Shown here one piece after another: positions 1 to 9,886 of a stretch of 35,244 nucleotides of DNA. The notes beneath the pieces are model-generated. The model saw only the letters and a list, made by a program, of their open reading frames with translations. It was not told the origin of the DNA and searched no databases. The position numbers and the translations under genes are program-made. Source of the DNA: Thiothrix sp. (GTDB taxonomy: Bacteria; Pseudomonadota; Gammaproteobacteria; Poriferisulfidales; GCA-002705445); contig JAYOZO010000001.1 in assembly GCA_038154165.1 (NCBI GenBank), positions 85,847 through 121,090 on the forward strand. The letters run 5' to 3'. The stretch's first letter is position 1; each line of letters starts with the position of its first letter.

Positions 1-2
1 CA

Positions 3-1115
3 AAATTTTTTATTAATAAAGATTTAAAAAGTGACATATTTTCAAAAAAAAGTATGTTAAAAAAAGTTATTTTTCATAAAAAATTGGGCAGTATGTTTGA
101 TAAAGTTAATAGAATAATTAACTTATCGATGTATATAAATAGTATTAGCTATAATAATGAAAAACTTTTGGTAAGAGAAATAGCTGAAATTTGCAAAATA
201 GATTTAATCTCGAGTATGGTTGTAGAAATTCCTAAATTACAGGGCGTTATAGGACAATACTATGCTGAAAAAAATAACAAGGATAGAATTATTTCTGAAG
301 GAATAAGAGATCATTATTTGCCAAAAAATTCACAGGATTCCATTCCAGGTAGTAAAGATGCCCAATTAGTATCTATGGCTGATAAATTAGATACTGTAGT
401 AGGAATTTTTTTAGTAAATGAAAAACCTACTGGTACAAGAGACCCACTTGGAATAAGGAGAGCTGCAAATGGATTTTTAAGAATAATACTTCAAATTGAA
501 TATAATTTAAGTTTAACGGATTTAATAGAACACTCTGCAAAAATAATTTATGAAAATACAAGTTATTTTAATAAAAAATTGAAAAAGGCTAATAGTTTGG
601 AAGACTGTCATCAATTTTTTAAAGATAAATTATTATCAACCATAAGAGATGATTTTGGTTTTCAAGAAAATATTATATTATCGGTAATGAATAATGAGCA
701 AAATATAATACCATATGATCTTTTGAAGAAAATAGAAGCAGTTAAGATAACTATAAATAACTCAAACTACAAAGATTTATTTTCTAACGCTAAGAGAATT
801 TCAAATATATTAAAGAAGTCAGATATACAAGTGCCTGATGAAATCAATGAAAATTTACTTAGAGAATCTAGTGAAAAGATCCTATATAATGCTATAAGTA
901 ATATCAAAGAAGAGCTTGAATTGTCTTTAAATCAAAAAAAATATGAGGCATATCTCATAAAACTTAATGAACTAAACAAATTTATAATAGCTTTTTTTGG
1001 AGAAGTTATGATTAATGTTGATGAAGAAGAGATTAAATTAAATAGATTATCAATTTTAAGTACACTTAATAGATATTATAATAAAATTGCAAATCTTACT
1101 GTTCTAGCGTTTTAA
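3..1115 (+). CDS. glyS: glycine--tRNA ligase beta subunit, C-terminal part (5' end lies upstream of the window)
   Basis: The reading frame is open from base 3 with no stop before the listed Met at 54, so the gene is cut by the window edge. The translation is collinear by eye with the C-terminal half of E. coli GlyS (DKLDT..GIF.....PTG..DP.G.RRAA.G.LRI; C-terminal NRLS.L..L). Confidence 0.85.
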   Translation, partial: KFFINKDLKSDIFSKKSMLKKVIFHKKLGSMFDKVNRIINLSMYINSISYNNEKLLVREIAEICKIDLISSMVVEIPKLQGVIGQYYAEKNNKDRIISEGIRDHYLPKNSQDSIPGSKDAQLVSMADKLDTVVGIFLVNEKPTGTRDPLGIRRAANGFLRIILQIEYNLSLTDLIEHSAKIIYENTSYFNKKLKKANSLEDCHQFFKDKLLSTIRDDFGFQENIILSVMNNEQNIIPYDLLKKIEAVKITINNSNYKDLFSNAKRISNILKKSDIQVPDEINENLLRESSEKILYNAISNIKEELELSLNQKKYEAYLIKLNELNKFIIAFFGEVMINVDEEEIKLNRLSILSTLNRYYNKIANLTVLAF

Positions 1116-1122
1116 TATAAAA

Positions 1123-2928
1123 ATGATAAGAAATATTCAAAAATTTATTAAAAAAAGATTCTTTCCTTTTAAAGATTGGATATCTGATCTTAAAAATCCT
1201 AGGATATTGCAGGCTGATTTATTGGCGGGAATTACTGTTGCGCTTGTTCTTGTTCCTCAGTCAATGGCATATGCTCAATTAGCGGGATTGCCACCATACT
1301 ATGGCTTATATGCATCATTTTTACCAGTCATTGTTGCATCTTTATTTGGTTCTTCTAGGCAGCTTGCAACTGGTCCTGTAGCCGTCGTTAGTTTATTAAC
1401 TGCAGCTGCATTACAACCAATAGCAAGTAGTGACCCTGCTGGATACATTGCATATGCAATAATGCTGGCTTTTTTAGTTGGTGTTTTTCAATTATCTTTA
1501 GGTTTATTAAAGTTAGGAGTTTTGGTTGATTTTTTATCACATCCAGTTGTTACTGGTTTTACAAATGCAGCAGCAATTATTATCGCAACATCCCAGCTAT
1601 CAAAATTATTTGGAGTAAGTGTAGCCACAGAACACTATCACTATCAAACAATAATAAATGTCATATCTGAATCAATGATTAATACTCATATGCCTACATT
1701 TTTAATGGGCTTATTCGCAATTTTTACTATACTTTTGGTGAAAAAAATTTCTAATAAATATCCTGCTGTACTTATATCAGTAGTTATAACAACTTTGATT
1801 TCTTGGTATTTTAAGTTTGAATTAAATTATGGTGGAAAGGTTATAGGAATAGTTCCTAATGGATTGCCATCTTTTCAAATACCAAGTATAGATGTTACAC
1901 AAATTGTTAATCTTGGCTTAGTTGCTATTGCAATTAGTTTAATAGGTTTTATGGAAGCAATATCTGTTGCAAAGGCTATGGCAACACAAACAAAACAAAG
2001 ACTAGATGCGGATCAGGAATTAATTGGTCAAGGCTTAAGTAATATAGTATCAAGTTTTACTCAAGGTTATCCAGTTTCAGGATCTTTCTCAAGATCTGCT
2101 GTAAATATTTCTGCTGGAGCTGTAACAGGATTTTCATCAGTAATTACTGGAATAGTTGTTGGTATAACACTATTATTTTTAACCCCACTTCTTTATCACT
2201 TGCCCCAAGCAACTTTGGCAGCAGTAATAATAACTGCTGTAATAAACTTAATAAAATTTAAACCAATTAAATATGCTTGGAAAGTGCAAAAACATGATGC
2301 AATAATCTCCATTATTACTTTTTTTGTAACTTTAGTGTTAGCTCCTGAATTAGAGCTAGGAATTATTGTTGGAATAATTTTGTCACTTGGAAGTTACTGT
2401 TATCGATCAATGCGACCAAGAGTAATATGCTTATCTAAAAGCGAAACAGGGGTTTTTAGAAATTCTGATACAAACAATATTCCAAAATGTTGTTGCATCT
2501 CTGTAATGCGATTTGATGGTCCTTTGATTTTTACAAATGCTGGTCACTTTGAAAACGAAGTTATTGAAAGAGTTGCAACTAAACCAGAATTACGTTATTT
2601 CATAATTGACGCAATAGCAATAAATGAAATTGACGCAACAGGCCAAGATATGCTAAATAGTCTTGCATCAAGGCTATATGATCAAAATATTAATTTATTT
2701 TTTGCTAGAGTTCATAAGCCAATACAAAAAATTTTTTATGATACTGGTTTTTCAAGGGGCGACTGGGAGAATCATTTTCATTTAACTTTAAATGATGCAA
2801 TAGCTTATGCTTGGGGAAAACTTGGTTGTTCTAATGTTTTGCCACCGTTTTGCACAAAAGAAATGTGTCCAATGAACAGAGATACAGCTGGACTATCTTT
2901 AATATATGAAGCAAGTATTAAGAAATAA
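1123..2928 (+). CDS. SulP-family anion (sulfate/bicarbonate-type) transporter with C-terminal STAS domain
   Basis: 601-aa polytopic membrane protein. It has a SulP N-terminal signature region (LAGITVALVLVPQSMAYAQLAGLPPYYGLYAS), many hydrophobic segments, and a C-terminal STAS-like domain (VMRFDGPLIFTNAGHFEN...IDAIAINEIDATGQDML). It starts 7 nt after the glyS stop. Confidence 0.85.
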   Translation: MIRNIQKFIKKRFFPFKDWISDLKNPRILQADLLAGITVALVLVPQSMAYAQLAGLPPYYGLYASFLPVIVASLFGSSRQLATGPVAVVSLLTAAALQPIASSDPAGYIAYAIMLAFLVGVFQLSLGLLKLGVLVDFLSHPVVTGFTNAAAIIIATSQLSKLFGVSVATEHYHYQTIINVISESMINTHMPTFLMGLFAIFTILLVKKISNKYPAVLISVVITTLISWYFKFELNYGGKVIGIVPNGLPSFQIPSIDVTQIVNLGLVAIAISLIGFMEAISVAKAMATQTKQRLDADQELIGQGLSNIVSSFTQGYPVSGSFSRSAVNISAGAVTGFSSVITGIVVGITLLFLTPLLYHLPQATLAAVIITAVINLIKFKPIKYAWKVQKHDAIISIITFFVTLVLAPELELGIIVGIILSLGSYCYRSMRPRVICLSKSETGVFRNSDTNNIPKCCCISVMRFDGPLIFTNAGHFENEVIERVATKPELRYFIIDAIAINEIDATGQDMLNSLASRLYDQNINLFFARVHKPIQKIFYDTGFSRGDWENHFHLTLNDAIAYAWGKLGCSNVLPPFCTKEMCPMNRDTAGLSLIYEASIKK

Positions 2929-2933
2929 AATAC

Positions 2934-3599
2934 TTATACAGCTTTGAATGATAAATCAGTAATCTTGTGTCCTAGAATAATTCCTTTTTTCTCAAATTTA
3001 GTCAAATCTCTTTCTTGATAATAAAGTATTTCATTGACTCTTTTAAAATTTTTATGGTTATCAAATAAATTTATTATTTCGTAAGCGTAGTCTGCCCAAT
3101 CAGTTACAATTTTTATGAATCCATCTATTTGTATTTTTCTCGAAATTAAGTCTATAAAGTAATTATTAATAATTCTTCTTTTAAAATGTTTTTTTTTAGG
3201 CCAAGGATCAGGAAAAAAAAGTGACACACCATGTAAACTTTTATTTTTTATATTATTTTTTAGTAATTCTATTGCATCTATGTTCACTATTTTTAAATTT
3301 CTTAGATTGAGATTTGATATATCTTTAAGAATACTTCCTATGCCTGATTCATAAACTTCTACGCCTATGAAATTTATACCAGGAAATTTTTTTGCAATAT
3401 TTATTAAAAGTTTTCCATCTCCAAAACCTATATCTAAAATACACTTATTTTCATTATTAAATAATTCATTATAGTTAATGATTTTTTTTTCATTTATATA
3501 ATTTGAATCATTTTCTTTATTATTAAAAAATAATTTTTGTGAATTTGTTAATCTTCCGCTTCTTTTTACAAAGCTACGTATATGTTTATTTGCACTCAC
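2934..3599 (-). CDS. trmB: tRNA (guanine46-N7)-methyltransferase
   Basis: TrmB motifs are present: [19 protein letters not shown] (SAM site), [31 protein letters not shown]. The thiS-thiG-trmB order matches Pseudomonas. Confidence 0.9.
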   Translation of the reverse strand: MSANKHIRSFVKRSGRLTNSQKLFFNNKENDSNYINEKKIINYNELFNNENKCILDIGFGDGKLLINIAKKFPGINFIGVEVYESGIGSILKDISNLNLRNLKIVNIDAIELLKNNIKNKSLHGVSLFFPDPWPKKKHFKRRIINNYFIDLISRKIQIDGFIKIVTDWADYAYEIINLFDNHKNFKRVNEILYYQERDLTKFEKKGIILGHKITDLSFKAV

Positions 3600-4369
3600 G
3601 ATAAGACACTTTCTTTATTGCTTGAAGATATAGCAATATCGCTCATTTTCATTCTCTTAGCTTCAAAAGCTTTTCTCCCAGCCTCTACTGCAAGTTTCAT
3701 TGCTTCAGCCATTTTTATTGGATTTTGAGCCATTGCAATTGCCGAATTAAGAAGAACACCATCGCAACCAAGTTCCATTGCAATAGCGGCGTCGCTTGCA
3801 GTACCAATTCCAGCATCTACTATTATTGGCACTTTTGCGTTTTCTATTATTTTTTTTATATTTGAAAAATTTTTTATTCCTTGGCCAGTCCCTATTGGCG
3901 AACCAAGTGGCATCACAGCTATACATCCAGCTTCTTCAAGTTCCTTAGCAAGATCTATATTGTCTGTTGTATAAACCATTATCGCAAAACCTTGTTTTAC
4001 TAATTCTTTAGCAGCAGCTAGTGTCTCTTCTTCATTAGGTAGGAGAGTATCTTTATCTGCCAGAACTTCTAATTTAATTAAATTATCAGTTAAGAGTTCT
4101 TTTGCTAATAAAGCAACTCTAATAGCGTCTTTTGCAGAGTAGCAGCCAGCAGTATTTGGAAGAATTTTATACTTAGAACTATCAATATGGTCTAAGAGAT
4201 TATCATCATTTTTACTTTGTCCAATATTAGTTCTTTTTAATGCAACTGTGATCATCTCTGCCCCACTTGCTTCAAGTGCTTTTTTTGTCATTGAAAAATC
4301 TGTATATTTTCCACTGCCAATAATTAATCTAGAGTTGTAAGTTACGTTATTTAATATTAATTTTTTCAT
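3596..4369 (-). CDS. thiG: thiazole synthase
   Basis: 257 aa with ThiG hallmarks ([51 protein letters not shown]). It has a 4-nt overlap with trmB and lies directly downstream of thiS. Confidence 0.93.
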   Translation of the reverse strand: MKKLILNNVTYNSRLIIGSGKYTDFSMTKKALEASGAEMITVALKRTNIGQSKNDDNLLDHIDSSKYKILPNTAGCYSAKDAIRVALLAKELLTDNLIKLEVLADKDTLLPNEEETLAAAKELVKQGFAIMVYTTDNIDLAKELEEAGCIAVMPLGSPIGTGQGIKNFSNIKKIIENAKVPIIVDAGIGTASDAAIAMELGCDGVLLNSAIAMAQNPIKMAEAMKLAVEAGRKAFEAKRMKMSDIAISSSNKESVLS

Positions 4370-4371
4370 AA

Positions 4372-4575
4372 CTATCCACCGCCAACAGCTGTGATGATTT
4401 CAATTTCGTCATTTTCATTTAATTTTTTTCTTGACCATAAATCTTTCGTAATAATTACTTTATTTATTTCAATAACTATATTCTTTTTATTAATTTTCTT
4501 TAATTTTAAAAGATTATCTATATTAATATTATCTTTAATTAAAATTTCTTTTCCGTTTAACTTAATATTCATCAT
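4372..4575 (-). CDS. thiS: sulfur-carrier protein ThiS
   Basis: 67-aa ubiquitin-like protein ending in the obligatory C-terminal GG (AVGGG). It lies immediately upstream of thiG. Confidence 0.85.
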   Translation of the reverse strand: MMNIKLNGKEILIKDNINIDNLLKLKKINKKNIVIEINKVIITKDLWSRKKLNENDEIEIITAVGGG

Positions 4576-5101
4576 TCTTTTTGTGATTTTTCATAATTTT
4601 TAAATAGTGCTTTGATGAAAATGATATATATTCAAGCTCCTCTTTAGTTAATTCTCTTATTGGTTTAGCAGGAGATCCTTTATATAACATTTTTGATTCA
4701 ATTATTTTATTTGGACCAACAAGACTTCCAGCAGCAATCATTGAATTACTTTTAATAATAGCACCATCAAGAATAATACTTCCAATGCCAATTAAGCAAT
4801 TATTTTCGATTTGGCAAGCGTGAAGAATGGCGCCATGTCCAACAGTAACGTCGTCACCAATTATTAAGGGATAACCTCCTGGGATGTATTTTGTATCACT
4901 AGTTACGTGCAAAATTGCACCATCTTGAATATTAGTTCTCTTGCCAATTTTTATAGTTTGAACATCACCTCTTATCACTACATTTGGCCATATTGAGGTA
5001 TCTTCATCAATAGATACATCACCTATTATCGTAGAATTCTTATCAATATACGCAGTTTTATGTATTTTTGGAGAATTATTTTTAAATTTTCTTATCGCCA
5101 T
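4562..5101 (-). CDS. gamma-carbonic-anhydrase-like hexapeptide-repeat protein (YrdA/PaaY/CaiE family)
   Basis: 179 aa with left-handed beta-helix hexapeptide repeats and the family His pattern (GAILHV ... VGHGAILHAC). It overlaps the thiS start by 14 nt and is the first gene of the thiS-thiG-trmB transcription unit. Confidence 0.85.
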   Translation of the reverse strand: MAIRKFKNNSPKIHKTAYIDKNSTIIGDVSIDEDTSIWPNVVIRGDVQTIKIGKRTNIQDGAILHVTSDTKYIPGGYPLIIGDDVTVGHGAILHACQIENNCLIGIGSIILDGAIIKSNSMIAAGSLVGPNKIIESKMLYKGSPAKPIRELTKEELEYISFSSKHYLKIMKNHKKNDEY

Positions 5102-5149
5102 TTAATTATTATATTATTATCTTATTAACTATAATAAATTATTTTACAT

Positions 5150-6022
5150 ATGTTTAAAAATAAAGTTTTGTTGTATGCAAAACTAATGAGATTAGATAAA
5201 CCAGTAGGCATTTTATTATTATTATGGCCTCCTTTTTGGGTGATTACTTCACTTAGTGAAGGCTTACTTTTACATTATGTAAGTATTATATTTTTGATTG
5301 GGGTAATTACAACAAGAAGTATTGGTTGTGTAATAAATGATTTTTTTGATAAAAACTACGACCTTAAAGTTTCGAGAACGAAAGAAAGGCCATTTGCAGC
5401 TAGTTTAGTTAGCAAGCGAGAGGTAATTTTAATATTTTTAGTATTATCAGCTCTTAATTTAAGTTTACTATATTTCTTAAATACAAAAACTATTACACTT
5501 GCAATAATAGCAATCTTTTTAATTATTACTTATCCGCTTACAAAAAGGTTTTTTATTGCCCCTCAGGTTTTTTTGGGTATTACTTTTGCAATATCAACAC
5601 TTATGGCGTACACCGCATTAACAAATAAATATCCTGATATAGCAACCTGGTTATTTTTTTCTGCAACTTTTGTATGGGTGCTCATGTTCGATACTATATA
5701 CGCATTAGCGGATATTAAAGATGATTTAAAAATAGGCATAAATTCAACACCAATTTTATTTGGAAAAAAAGTTTTTAAAGTTATCGTTTTTTTGGAGTTT
5801 ATTTTTTATTTAATTTTTATATATATTGGATTTTATTTAGAATTTACTTATATTTTTTACTTTTTTCTTATTCTCGCAGCAGCAGTAGGTGTGTATAATC
5901 AGATTTTAATAAGTGAAAGAAAGCCAGAATTTTTTATAAAAGCATTTAAAAATAACCAATATGTTGGTTTTTTAATTTTTTTAGGAATATATGGAGAGTA
6001 CTTTTATGAGTATTATACGTAA
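5150..6022 (+). CDS. ubiA: 4-hydroxybenzoate polyprenyltransferase
   Basis: 290-aa polytopic UbiA-family prenyltransferase. It begins with LMRLDKPVG and carries the NDxxD motif (VINDFFDKNYD) and a second Asp-rich motif (YALADIKDD). Confidence 0.88.
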   Translation: MFKNKVLLYAKLMRLDKPVGILLLLWPPFWVITSLSEGLLLHYVSIIFLIGVITTRSIGCVINDFFDKNYDLKVSRTKERPFAASLVSKREVILIFLVLSALNLSLLYFLNTKTITLAIIAIFLIITYPLTKRFFIAPQVFLGITFAISTLMAYTALTNKYPDIATWLFFSATFVWVLMFDTIYALADIKDDLKIGINSTPILFGKKVFKVIVFLEFIFYLIFIYIGFYLEFTYIFYFFLILAAAVGVYNQILISERKPEFFIKAFKNNQYVGFLIFLGIYGEYFYEYYT

Positions 6023-7043
6023 CAATTGGAAACCAAAGGAAATCAATAGTCTTTATGAAAAGCCTTTTAGTAATTTATTATCTTTAGCACACGACATTCA
6101 CATAAAAAACCATGAAGAAAATACTATACAGATGTGTTCTTTATTATCGGTAAAAACAGGCGGATGCCCCGAAGATTGTGGCTATTGTTCTCAGAGTGTG
6201 CACAGCGATATACCAATTGAGTCAACTCCACTATTAAGTCTGGAGGAAGTAAGAGAAAAAGCAAAAATAGCTAAAGAACAAGGTTCTACAAGATTTTGCA
6301 TGGGAGCTGCTTGGAGAAGACCAAGCAATAAAAATATTGATCGAGTTATCGAAATGATAAAAGTAGTGCATGAATTAGATATGGAAAGTTGTGTGACTTT
6401 AGGAATGCTATCTGAAGACCAAGCATTGAGATTAGCTAATTCAGGATTAAATTATTATAACCATAATCTTGATACATCACGCGAACATTACTCAAAAGTG
6501 ATAAGCACTAGAAACTATCAAGATAGATTAAACACATTAAAATATGTTAGAGAATCTGGAATAAATGTATGTTCTGGAGGCATATTGGGATTAGGCGAGA
6601 CAAGAGAAGATCGAATAAAGCTACTAATAGAGCTTGCAAATTTAGAGAAACACCCAGAATCTGTTCCAATAAATATGTTGGTGAAAATGGAAGGTACAAG
6701 ATTAAGTAATAATAAAGAAATTGATGAGCTTGAATTTATTAGAACTATAGCTATTGCAAGAATAATGATGCCTAAAACTTATGTTAGATTATCAGCTGGA
6801 AGAGAATCAATGTCTGATTCAATGCAAGCTTTATGTTTTTATGCTGGAGCAAATTCAGTATTTTATGGTCAAGAATTGTTGACAGCTCCAAATGTTGATA
6901 CTCAACAAGATAAAGATTTATTTATAAATTTAGGAATGAAAATTGAAGGGAATGAAAATTTTCTTAAAACAAAAAATAAATTTAAGAAAAAAATAAAAAC
7001 AAATAAGAAAAATGCTACCTATAATATAAAATTAATTAATTAA
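6006..7043 (+). CDS. bioB: biotin synthase (radical SAM)
   Basis: Radical-SAM CxxxCxxC motif (GGCPEDCGYCSQS) and collinearity with E. coli BioB. I prefer the ATG at 6006 (MSIIRNNW...) because it matches the E. coli N-terminal length; the ATG at 5991 is the alternative. The gene overlaps the ubiA 3' end. The last ~30 aa form a Lys/Asn-rich tail. Confidence 0.9.
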   Translation: MSIIRNNWKPKEINSLYEKPFSNLLSLAHDIHIKNHEENTIQMCSLLSVKTGGCPEDCGYCSQSVHSDIPIESTPLLSLEEVREKAKIAKEQGSTRFCMGAAWRRPSNKNIDRVIEMIKVVHELDMESCVTLGMLSEDQALRLANSGLNYYNHNLDTSREHYSKVISTRNYQDRLNTLKYVRESGINVCSGGILGLGETREDRIKLLIELANLEKHPESVPINMLVKMEGTRLSNNKEIDELEFIRTIAIARIMMPKTYVRLSAGRESMSDSMQALCFYAGANSVFYGQELLTAPNVDTQQDKDLFINLGMKIEGNENFLKTKNKFKKKIKTNKKNATYNIKLIN

Positions 7044-7059
7044 TTATTTCTAAAAAAAT

Positions 7060-8232
7060 TTGAAAAATAATATTAAAAGTAAATTAAAATCTATAAAGTT
7101 ATCATCGAGCTATAGAACAAGAAAAGCAAAAGAATCTGGAAATTCGCGTATTTTTAAATATATGAATAAAAATTATCTTTCTTTTGCGAGTAATGATTAT
7201 TTATCATTATCAAACGATAAAAGAATTATAAACGCGGCCAAAAGAGCTTTAGATAATCATGGTTATAGTGCTAGCTCATCTGCTCTAATATCTGGCTACA
7301 CAAAATATCATTTTAAATTAGAAGAAGAATTATCTGAATTTTTAGGAAACGAAAAAACATTACTATTTTCTACAGGTTATCAGGCAAATTTAGGAGTAAT
7401 AAAGTCTCTAGGACAGCGGGGAGATTTTATATATTCAGATAGACTAAATCATGCATCCTTAGTAGATGGTGCCATTATTTCAAGAGTAAAATTTAAAAGG
7501 TATAAGCATAATAATATAAAAGATTTAGAAAAGAATTTAACTTTATATAATATGAAAAATAATAATTTAATAATAACAGACTCTTTATTTAGTATGGATG
7601 GCGACATAGCCAACTTAAAGCAACTTAATAAAAAAGCGAAACAGCATAATATGAATTTATTGGTAGATGAAGCTCACGCTCTTGGAGTATACGGTTGCAA
7701 AGGAAATGGAATTGTTAATAGCTTGTCTCTTAATAATAAAAATAATATTTTTGTTACCGGAACTTTTGGCAAAGCAGTAGGGACGTTTGGCGCTTTTTTT
7801 TCTGGAAAAGAGGATATTGTAGAATATGTTCTGCAGAAATCTAGAAGTTACATATATTCAACTTCTTTACCAGTAAGCGCAGTAGAAGCGACTAGGAAAT
7901 CATTAAAAATCATTCAAAAAGAGGACTGGAGAAGAGACAAGTTATTCTCGTTGATAAATTATTTTAAAAAAAATGTAAAAAGTATTGGGTATAATACTTT
8001 AAAAAGTAATTCTCAAATACAAGGGATAATTATTGGTGATGCAAAAAAAACAATTGAAATAAGCAATGAATTATTTAAAAAAAATATTTATATTCCATCA
8101 ATAAGACCGCCAACTGTTGAAGAAGGAAAATCAAGACTTCGAATTTCAATTACTGTAGACCATTCGGAATCAGACATAGATTACTTGCTAAATATATTAG
8201 ATACGATATCAAGAAATCTTGTACAATCATAA
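7060..8232 (+). CDS. bioF: 8-amino-7-oxononanoate synthase
   Basis: Class-II aminotransferase fold with SNDYL(S/G)LS, DEAHA, the PLP-lysine motif TFGKAVG, and IRPPTV. The TTG start at 7060 gives an N-terminus of the same length as E. coli BioF; an internal ATG (MNKNYLSF) is the alternative. Confidence 0.85.
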   Translation: MKNNIKSKLKSIKLSSSYRTRKAKESGNSRIFKYMNKNYLSFASNDYLSLSNDKRIINAAKRALDNHGYSASSSALISGYTKYHFKLEEELSEFLGNEKTLLFSTGYQANLGVIKSLGQRGDFIYSDRLNHASLVDGAIISRVKFKRYKHNNIKDLEKNLTLYNMKNNNLIITDSLFSMDGDIANLKQLNKKAKQHNMNLLVDEAHALGVYGCKGNGIVNSLSLNNKNNIFVTGTFGKAVGTFGAFFSGKEDIVEYVLQKSRSYIYSTSLPVSAVEATRKSLKIIQKEDWRRDKLFSLINYFKKNVKSIGYNTLKSNSQIQGIIIGDAKKTIEISNELFKKNIYIPSIRPPTVEEGKSRLRISITVDHSESDIDYLLNILDTISRNLVQS

Positions 8233-8233
8233 A

Positions 8234-9418
8234 ATGAATAAAAAAATTAATATTTTACTTGGTATAACTGGTGGAATTGCTGCATATAAATCAGCAGAGA
8301 TTGCTCGTCTTCTTGTAAAGAATAATTTTAGCGTAAAAGTTGTGATGACTAAAACTGCAGAGGAATTTATTACGCCGCTAACATTTGAAGCTTTAACTGG
8401 AGAAAAAGTTTATAGATATAACTCAATAGATAAAGACTATCCTATGCTTCATATAGATTTAGCAAAATGGGCAGATATTATACTAGTCGCTCCTGCAACT
8501 GCAGAATTTTTATCTAAAATTTTGCACGGAAGGGCAGACGATATGTTATCAACATCTATATTAGCGTTTAGCAAAAAAATAGTTATAGCTCCTAGCATGA
8601 ATAAAAATATGTGGGGAAACAAAGCAACTCAAGAGAATGTTAGCAAACTTAAAGAAAGAGGAATAATTTTTTCAGGCCCTGAATATGGAAGTCAAGCCTG
8701 CGGTGATATTGGCTCAGGAAGAATGAGGGAGCCAATTGATATAATTGAAGATATAAATTTAATATCTAATACAGAAAAAAAATTATTTAAAAATAAGAAA
8801 ATTGTGATCACAGCAGGGCCTACAATTGAATATATTGATCCTATTAGATATATATCGAATAGAAGCTCTGGTATGATGGGTTGTGAGATAGCAAATGCCT
8901 TCCATGATAGCGGTGCAAAAGTAATTTTAGTAAAAGGGCCCTGTAGATATAATCAAAAGGAGGAAATTCCAGTAATTGAGGTTAAAACAGCAAAGGAAAT
9001 GCTTTTAGAGGTTGAAAAAAATATTAAGAATTGCGACATATTTGTATCGGTTGCAGCAGTTTCCGATTTTGTAGTAAAAGATCAAAAAAATAAAAAAATA
9101 AAAAGTGATAAAGAAGTAACTTTAGAGTTAGTAAAAAATATTGATATTTTAAAGTTAGTTTCTCAAAATTATAATTTGTTTACAGTAGGATTTGCTGCAG
9201 AAACCAATAATCTAAAACAAAACGCAATAAAAAAATTAAAAGAAAAAAAAATTTCAGTGATTGCAGCGAATAAAGTCAGTTATAAAAAAGGAATAGATGA
9301 TACTCAAAATTCTTTAACGCTTTACTGGGGTAATGGTCTTGAAAAAACTTTAAGTTTGAAAAATAAGAAAGAACTTGCAGTTGAATTTGTTGAGGAAATT
9401 TCAAATATATATAAGTAG
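8234..9418 (+). CDS. coaBC: bifunctional phosphopantothenoylcysteine decarboxylase / phosphopantothenate--cysteine ligase
   Basis: N-terminal flavoprotein domain (ILLGITGGIAAYK) followed by a C-terminal CoaB domain (ITAGPT.E.IDP(I/V)R.ISN.SSG.MG). I prefer the ATG at 8234, 2 nt after the bioF stop, over the TTG at 8219. The coaBC-dut-algC-argB order matches Pseudomonas. Confidence 0.9.
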   Translation: MNKKINILLGITGGIAAYKSAEIARLLVKNNFSVKVVMTKTAEEFITPLTFEALTGEKVYRYNSIDKDYPMLHIDLAKWADIILVAPATAEFLSKILHGRADDMLSTSILAFSKKIVIAPSMNKNMWGNKATQENVSKLKERGIIFSGPEYGSQACGDIGSGRMREPIDIIEDINLISNTEKKLFKNKKIVITAGPTIEYIDPIRYISNRSSGMMGCEIANAFHDSGAKVILVKGPCRYNQKEEIPVIEVKTAKEMLLEVEKNIKNCDIFVSVAAVSDFVVKDQKNKKIKSDKEVTLELVKNIDILKLVSQNYNLFTVGFAAETNNLKQNAIKKLKEKKISVIAANKVSYKKGIDDTQNSLTLYWGNGLEKTLSLKNKKELAVEFVEEISNIYK

Positions 9419-9425
9419 GTAAAAC

Positions 9426-9884
9426 ATGTTAAAAAAAATTCAAGTAAAAATATTAAACCCAAAAATTGGAAAAGACATAAAAATACCCTCCTATGCTACA
9501 AAAGGTTCTGCAGCAATTGATCTTAGAGCATGTATAGATAATGAAATATGCATTTTGCCAAAGCAGACTATTTTGATTCCAACGGGATTAGCTTTTTATA
9601 TTGAAGATAAAAATTATGCAGGAATTATTTTGCCTAGGTCTGGCTTAGGTCATAAACACGGAATAATATTAGGTAATTCTGTTGGGTTAATTGACTCAGA
9701 TTATCAGGGAGAGTTAATGGTTTCATTATTTAATAATAGTATTAGTGAATTTATAATTCACCCTGGAGATAGAATTGCACAATTTCTTATAATACCAATA
9801 ATCCAAATTGAATATAGAATTGTTGATAATTTCAAAACTACAGAGAGATCTTCAGGTGGATTTGGCCATAGTGGAACATCATAA
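9426..9884 (+). CDS. dut: dUTP diphosphatase
   Basis: 152 aa with canonical dUTPase motifs ([43 protein letters not shown]). Confidence 0.95.
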   Translation: MLKKIQVKILNPKIGKDIKIPSYATKGSAAIDLRACIDNEICILPKQTILIPTGLAFYIEDKNYAGIILPRSGLGHKHGIILGNSVGLIDSDYQGELMVSLFNNSISEFIIHPGDRIAQFLIIPIIQIEYRIVDNFKTTERSSGGFGHSGTS

Positions 9885-9886
9885 TA

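Noticed and set aside
5102-5149. I looked for a TPP riboswitch or other leader upstream of the thiS-thiG operon, and for a regulatory element shared with the divergent ubiA.
   Set aside because: Only 48 nt of pure A/T sequence is available, including an ATTATTAT ATTATTAT low-complexity repeat. That is too short and unstructured for a riboswitch. It probably holds just two back-to-back promoters.
6950-7043. A Lys/Asn-rich ~30-aa C-terminal tail on BioB (NENFLKTKNKFKKKIKTNKKNATYNIKLIN).
   Set aside because: This is most simply read-through into AT-rich spacer after loss or shift of the ancestral stop, i.e. AT-drift low complexity. There is no motif or structure to suggest a function.
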